From: Thermoplasmata archaeon | Lineage (GTDB): Archaea; Thermoplasmatota; Thermoplasmata; GCA-020350865 | Assembly (NCBI GenBank): GCA_020348445.1 | Contig: CP070751.1 | Coordinates: 1,349,529 to 1,360,011 of the forward strand | Length of the DNA stretch: 10,483 nucleotides | Direction of reading: 5' to 3' | In this document: positions 6,038 to 10,483 of the stretch, piece by piece | Layout: each line of letters begins with the position of its first letter | Numbering within the stretch: the first letter of the stretch is position 1 | Position numbers and translations under genes: made by a program | Notes under the pieces: model-generated | Database searches by the model: none | Told to the model about the DNA's origin: nothing | The model's input: only the letters and a program-made list of their open reading frames with translations

Positions 6038-7057
6038 TTGGCAAAAAAATCTGACATTAATAATATCAAACCCTCTATAGAAAAAAGCAGGGTAGAGAAA
6101 CCTACAAGAACTAAAAAAACAAAGGCCACCCCTTCAAAAAAGAAAAATGAAACTTTGAAATCTAATAAAAGTAAAATTGTAAAAACTGATGAGAGGGAAG
6201 GAAAGGAGAAAAAGGAAAAATCAAAATTCATTAGAAAAAGATTTTTCATGATGATACTTGTAATAGTTATTATCTGTATCCTTGGATTTCTGTGGTTCGC
6301 ACTTAACCCTGAAGTTGCCAAAGCCCAACTAATTATTGAATCTGGCGTTGTCCAGATAAAACATGAGGGCGGATCATGGACCTCTGTCCAAAATGGCACT
6401 CTACTCTACCAATCTGATACTGTGAAAACAGGAAACGATACATCTGCATCAATAATCCTTTTCAAGAGCAGCATAATCAGGCTCGATAGCAACACAGAGG
6501 TGATGATCCAGGAAATCATCCAACAGACAGGAGAAACTAGTGTAAAGATACAACAAGATATTGGGAGGACATGGAGCACCATCTCTAAAATAAGTGGAAT
6601 AGACAACTATGATGTCCAGACCCCAACAACAATTGCAAGCGTTCGCGGGACAACCATTGATGTAAATGTCACAACAGAAGGTAATACAACTGTAAGTGTA
6701 ATTAACGGATCTGCTATTGTTTCACGCACTCAAAATGGTACGATTGTAGATACAACTGAGGTTAATGAGAACCAGTCTGTGACAGTTGATCCTAAATTGA
6801 TAAACCAATCCCTCGAAATCAAACCAGTTGAAAAAGACGGCTGGATTCAAAAAAATCAACAGAAAGACGAGGAGTTCAGAGGGAATGTAAAGGAGGAATT
6901 ATACAGAAGAATTGAACCATACATACCCAAACTCAAGGAGCAGTATGGTATGACCGATGAAGAATTGGATGTTCTCATAGACGGTTACCTTAAGGGATAC
7001 TTTGACCTTCCACCTGATACGCCAGACTGGATAAGAGAAATAATTGAATATTCTTGA
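6038..7057 (+). CDS. Membrane-anchored FecR-domain protein
   Basis: TTG start, Lys-rich 68-aa N-tail, one TM helix (aa ~69-89), then the FecR-type pattern G.V.I....W....G..L...D.VKTG....A.I.....S.IRL..NTE...GR.W..I......Y.VQTPT.IASVRGT. An acidic helical C-tail follows. Confidence 0.85.
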   Translation: MAKKSDINNIKPSIEKSRVEKPTRTKKTKATPSKKKNETLKSNKSKIVKTDEREGKEKKEKSKFIRKRFFMMILVIVIICILGFLWFALNPEVAKAQLIIESGVVQIKHEGGSWTSVQNGTLLYQSDTVKTGNDTSASIILFKSSIIRLDSNTEVMIQEIIQQTGETSVKIQQDIGRTWSTISKISGIDNYDVQTPTTIASVRGTTIDVNVTTEGNTTVSVINGSAIVSRTQNGTIVDTTEVNENQSVTVDPKLINQSLEIKPVEKDGWIQKNQQKDEEFRGNVKEELYRRIEPYIPKLKEQYGMTDEELDVLIDGYLKGYFDLPPDTPDWIREIIEYS

Positions 7058-9033
7058 GCCGATGGTTAAAAATGACCGGCGTACTCAAAAACAAACTCAC
7101 AAAGACACTACTTGTCTCATTGTTTATCCCAGCCATAGTCGCCCTGATTATGACTGCAGGGTTCTTCAATACATGGGAATCAATAATCTCAGATGCCTTA
7201 TATGCCCCTGGTGATCCCTTAGATGAGATAGTGATAGTAGCCATAGATGACTATAGCTTCCGGAAACTGGGCATGTTCCCCTGGCCCAGAGGCCACTTTG
7301 CTAAGGTTATAGAGAACATAAATCAAAGCTCAGTAATTGGGATAGATATTACCTTTGATTTAGCTACTGATACTGAAAATGATTCTGAACTAGCTGCTTC
7401 CCTCAAGACAGGCAAAGTCGTCTTGGCCATAGAGTACACATCCTTTTTCTACAGAGATGGTGAACTGTATGGGGAAAGCTTGCTCAAACCAAATGCTACC
7501 CTGGGTACCCCTGGTGTGGACTTCGAGACAGGTTTTGTCAACCTTTACACAGACTCAGATGGTGTAACAAGATCTTTTACCCCTCACATATCAGGTGTCG
7601 AAGACCATGACCACTTCTCCATGGTTATTGTTGGTGAATACCTTGGCATTACTCCTGACCTAGGAAACTCCAGAATGCTGATAAACTTCTTTGCTCCTCC
7701 AGAGGGTTACGAGTACATATCATTTTATGATGTTTACAACAAGAGTATACCCTCTTCCTATTTCAAGGGCAAGATAGTCCTTATCGGTATCACTTCACCG
7801 GTTGAGCATGACGATGCAATAGTTCCAATATCCAACAAGGCTATGCCTGGTGTTGAGATTAACGCCAATTTAGTACAGTCCATACTCACAAGGGACTTCC
7901 TGTACTATCAGGACGATATCTCTGCCATATGCACTATGTTCCTGTTTGCCCTACTCACAGGCATTCTACTCTTTAGGTTCAGGATGCATATAGCTACTAT
8001 CCTTTTGGCAGCGCTTGCGATAGCTTACATCTTCGCCTCCGTCATCTATACATTTAATTCAGGAATCATCATGAATATACTCTACCCGTTACTTTCTATA
8101 ACAATGGTCTACATCCCTATTGTTGTGATATACTATCGCACAGAGGAGAAAAGCAGGAAGTGGATAACCTCGGTCTTTGGAAAGTATGTTTCCCCTGTGG
8201 TGATAGACAACCTCATAAAAAATCCTGATAGGATAAAACTTGGAGGAGAAAAGAGAAATATAACCATTTTTTTCTCTGACATAAGGGGATTCACCCCGAT
8301 TTCAGAGAAACTCGACCCTGAGGAACTTGTCCGTCTCCTGAACGAGTACCTAACCGAGATGACCTCGATAATAAGAAGAGACCGGGGACTTGTTGATAAG
8401 TACATGGGTGACGCGATTATGGCCTTCTGGGGGGCGCCTCTTGACCTGCCCGACCATGCTGAGATGGCATGCTCAAGCTGCCTAGATATGATGGATAAGC
8501 TCGGGGAGCTCCAGAAGAAGTGGAAAAAGGAGGGCATACCATCTTTTAATATTGGCATAGGTCTAAACAGTGGCGATGCTATTGTGGGTAACATGGGTTC
8601 CTTTGACAGGTTTGACTATACTGCATTAGGTGACAATGTCAACCTTGCTTCCCGCATGGAAGGTCTGAACAAGCTCTATGGAACTAATATAATAATAACC
8701 GAAAACACGCACAAGATTGTCAAAGACAAATTCGAGTTCAGGAAGCTCGATGCTGTCAAGGTAAAGGGCAAGAAGAAACCAATCCTTATCTACGAACTCC
8801 TCTCTGGAAAGGACAAGCTCAGTAAGAAGCAACGCGATTTTGTTAGGCATTATGAGGCTGGTCTTGAATTCTACTTCAAAAAGAAGTGGAAACCAGCCAT
8901 CAAGTCCTTTCAGGCAGCCCTCAAGCTCATGGATGACAATGCCGCCTACGTGTTTATAACCCGCTGCCAGGAATTTATAAAGAACCCACCCCTAAGAGAC
9001 TGGGACGGCGTCTGGGAGATTGAGACCAAATAA
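7054..9033 (+). CDS. CHASE2-domain membrane class III adenylate cyclase with C-terminal TPR-like/WDGVW tail
   Basis: N-terminal TM, then CHASE2 hallmarks (IVIVAIDD, FPWPR, IGIDITF, GKIVLIG, MPGVEINAN) and three TMs. Catalytic motifs: FSDIRGFT, DKYMGDAIMAFWGAP, RFDYTALGDNVNLASRMEG. The Lys (DKY) + Asp (FDY) pair specifies ATP. Start is TTG at 7054 (TTGA overlap with the FecR stop) or ATG at 7072. Confidence 0.93.
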   Translation: MSRWLKMTGVLKNKLTKTLLVSLFIPAIVALIMTAGFFNTWESIISDALYAPGDPLDEIVIVAIDDYSFRKLGMFPWPRGHFAKVIENINQSSVIGIDITFDLATDTENDSELAASLKTGKVVLAIEYTSFFYRDGELYGESLLKPNATLGTPGVDFETGFVNLYTDSDGVTRSFTPHISGVEDHDHFSMVIVGEYLGITPDLGNSRMLINFFAPPEGYEYISFYDVYNKSIPSSYFKGKIVLIGITSPVEHDDAIVPISNKAMPGVEINANLVQSILTRDFLYYQDDISAICTMFLFALLTGILLFRFRMHIATILLAALAIAYIFASVIYTFNSGIIMNILYPLLSITMVYIPIVVIYYRTEEKSRKWITSVFGKYVSPVVIDNLIKNPDRIKLGGEKRNITIFFSDIRGFTPISEKLDPEELVRLLNEYLTEMTSIIRRDRGLVDKYMGDAIMAFWGAPLDLPDHAEMACSSCLDMMDKLGELQKKWKKEGIPSFNIGIGLNSGDAIVGNMGSFDRFDYTALGDNVNLASRMEGLNKLYGTNIIITENTHKIVKDKFEFRKLDAVKVKGKKKPILIYELLSGKDKLSKKQRDFVRHYEAGLEFYFKKKWKPAIKSFQAALKLMDDNAAYVFITRCQEFIKNPPLRDWDGVWEIETK

Positions 9034-9045
9034 TTGTTTATCTAT

Positions 9046-10482
9046 TTATCTTCTCCGTCTCAAGATAATCAATACTAGAGCTAACATTGCCAAGAAAGAT
9101 ATTACTTCAAACCCAGGTGTCTTTGGTGTCTCCTCATATATCTTCAGATATTTCCGATATACAAATAGAAAATACGTTGATAATCCTCTTTCCAGATTAA
9201 AGACATGGTCCCATTTGCCGTCTCCATCACTGTCAATGAGGTAGTTGTCATCTTCCACGCCAAGATCAGTATCTATACTGATACCATCATGGAACATATC
9301 GTAGATTCCATCGCCATCATCATCAGTAATATAACCGATACCGTCGACAGCAGTTACGTCAATGTACACAATATATTCCGTGGTTTCTGAATCTGTTTGA
9401 TTGTCAGTTGCGTATACGGAAATGATATATTGTCCAGCAGCTATCCAGGAATGGTTCTGTGTTGTCATTGTTCCATTTGCTAAGAAGCCTGTTACTGTAA
9501 GGTTACTACCATCTCCCCAATCAAAAACGTAGCTGATAGTATCGTTATCGGCATCAGTTGATACCGCAGTATAATCATATACGGTATCTATTGCTCCTGA
9601 TGTTGGGCCATCTACTGTTGGAGCAGTTGGTGGGATGTTTGGCTTTACAATTTCCACGGTGAATTCGTCTTGATCGGTTGTGTTATCATTATCTGTTACT
9701 GTAAGTATTACTGTATAGGTACCTGCTTCTACATAGGAATGAGTTGTTACCTCTCCAGTTTCATTTGTTCCATCACCAAAATCCCAATACCAAGCAACTA
9801 TGTATCCCTCAGGATCTGGGTCATAGCTGAGTGACCCGTTAAAAGTTATTTCCTCTCCCACTAATCCATAGTAGGGTGAACCAGCAGATGCATCTGCTTT
9901 CACACCACCCACCGTTATGGTGACCGTGGCTATATTGGACGTAGCTCTATGATCGTCATCAACCGTATACTTAAAACTATCAGAACCATGGAAATCTGGA
10001 TCTGGTGTATACTGTATCTCACCAGTTGTTGTATTAGCAGTCGTATAACCATGAGAAGGATCACTGGTTACCGTCACAGTTTCCGGATTTAATGTTCCAT
10101 CAATATCCTCATCGTTTGCAAGAACATCAATCCATACAGCTGCGCCTTCGTTCGTACTCGCACTATCATCATTTGCAACAGGATGTCGATTTCCACCACC
10201 ACCTGAAGTGACGGTAACTTTTAATGCAGCAGACCAATTACTTCTAGCTTCATGTGCATCTTCCGCTTGAGCTTTTACATTGTATGTACCTGCACTGCCC
10301 CAGGATTTTGATTTAGCTGCAGATTGACTGGAATTCACCCATCCTGTCCATGTGCTGGTGGTTCCATCTCCCCAGTCAAATCTAAATCTTACTTGATCAC
10401 CAATATCCGGGTCTGTGGTGTTTGTTGAAAAACTTGCAGATTTACCTCTTAATAAGGAGGTTGGTCCTGAAGGTTTACTAGG
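9046..10482 (-). CDS. Secreted PKD/Ig-like repeat surface protein with PGF-CTERM-like anchor; 5'-partial, continues beyond the window
   Basis: The frame is open from 10482 (PSKPSGPTSLLRGKSASFSTNTTDPDIGDQVRFRFDWGDGTTSTWTGWVNSS...), so the track's 10338 start is an internal Val. Domains: PKD-like (FDWGDG), cadherin/Big-like (PVANDD...YTPDPDFHGSDSFKYTVDD), PKD (WDFGDG...YTVILTVTD), PKD-like (FDWGDG), two DxDGDG loops, then TPGF + TM + RRRR. Confidence 0.92.
   Translation of the reverse strand, partial: PSKPSGPTSLLRGKSASFSTNTTDPDIGDQVRFRFDWGDGTTSTWTGWVNSSQSAAKSKSWGSAGTYNVKAQAEDAHEARSNWSAALKVTVTSGGGGNRHPVANDDSASTNEGAAVWIDVLANDEDIDGTLNPETVTVTSDPSHGYTTANTTTGEIQYTPDPDFHGSDSFKYTVDDDHRATSNIATVTITVGGVKADASAGSPYYGLVGEEITFNGSLSYDPDPEGYIVAWYWDFGDGTNETGEVTTHSYVEAGTYTVILTVTDNDNTTDQDEFTVEIVKPNIPPTAPTVDGPTSGAIDTVYDYTAVSTDADNDTISYVFDWGDGSNLTVTGFLANGTMTTQNHSWIAAGQYIISVYATDNQTDSETTEYIVYIDVTAVDGIGYITDDDGDGIYDMFHDGISIDTDLGVEDDNYLIDSDGDGKWDHVFNLERGLSTYFLFVYRKYLKIYEETPKTPGFEVISFLAMLALVLIILRRRR
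9049..9123 (-). other. PGF-CTERM-like archaeosortase sorting signal KTPGFEVISFLAMLALVLIILRRRR
   Basis: PGF tripeptide (9109-9117), hydrophobic helix and basic C-terminal cluster. Confidence 0.85.
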
Positions 10483-10483
10483 T

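Noticed and set aside
3516-9033. Pycsar/CBASS-type antiphage system (cyclase + cNMP-binding protein + MBL nuclease-like gene)
   Set aside because: The cyclase is a CHASE2 membrane receptor with canonical ATP-specifying Lys/Asp, not a PycC or CD-NTase. The cNMP domain is fused to GNAT, not TIR or a TM effector, and the genes are not in one operon.
6022-9390. Minus-strand ORFs at 6022, 6406, 6990, 8133, 8626, 9020 and plus-strand ORF 9205
   Set aside because: Antisense or out-of-frame shadows of the FecR, cyclase and PKD genes. The Phe/Leu-rich look of 6022..6399 simply mirrors Lys codons.
10336-10338. Track start codon of the PKD protein
   Set aside because: This GTG is an internal Val. The frame is open and PKD-like to the window edge, and there is no signal peptide at this position.
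1-10483. CRISPR array, IS element, integrase or rRNA
   Set aside because: No regularly spaced repeats, terminal inverted repeats, transposase or recombinase motifs, or rRNA-like sequence seen.

Overview
This looks like archaeal DNA, most consistent with Thermoplasmatota of the MBG-D/Thermoprofundales or DHVEG-1 type (an inference). The evidence is a tRNA-Leu(CAA) without encoded CCA, BRE/TATA-like boxes at plausible spacing upstream of most genes, and a PKD/Ig-repeat surface protein with a PGF-CTERM-like anchor. Between the tRNA and the surface protein is a block of bacterial-style genes in two divergent arms that together resemble a self-contained cyclic-nucleotide circuit. The + strand carries a membrane-anchored FecR-domain protein whose stop overlaps the start of a CHASE2/3TM/class III adenylate cyclase. 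The - strand carries a 96-aa hypothetical, a GNAT-GNAT-cNMP-binding fusion, an MBL-fold hydrolase resembling class II cNMP phosphodiesterases, and a GC-rich soluble pyridine nucleotide transhydrogenase (sthA) 10 nt behind it. The main hypothesis is an archaeal circuit linking a surface signal to cAMP, then acetylation and NAD(P)H balance. Family calls come from motif recognition by eye; no database searches were run.
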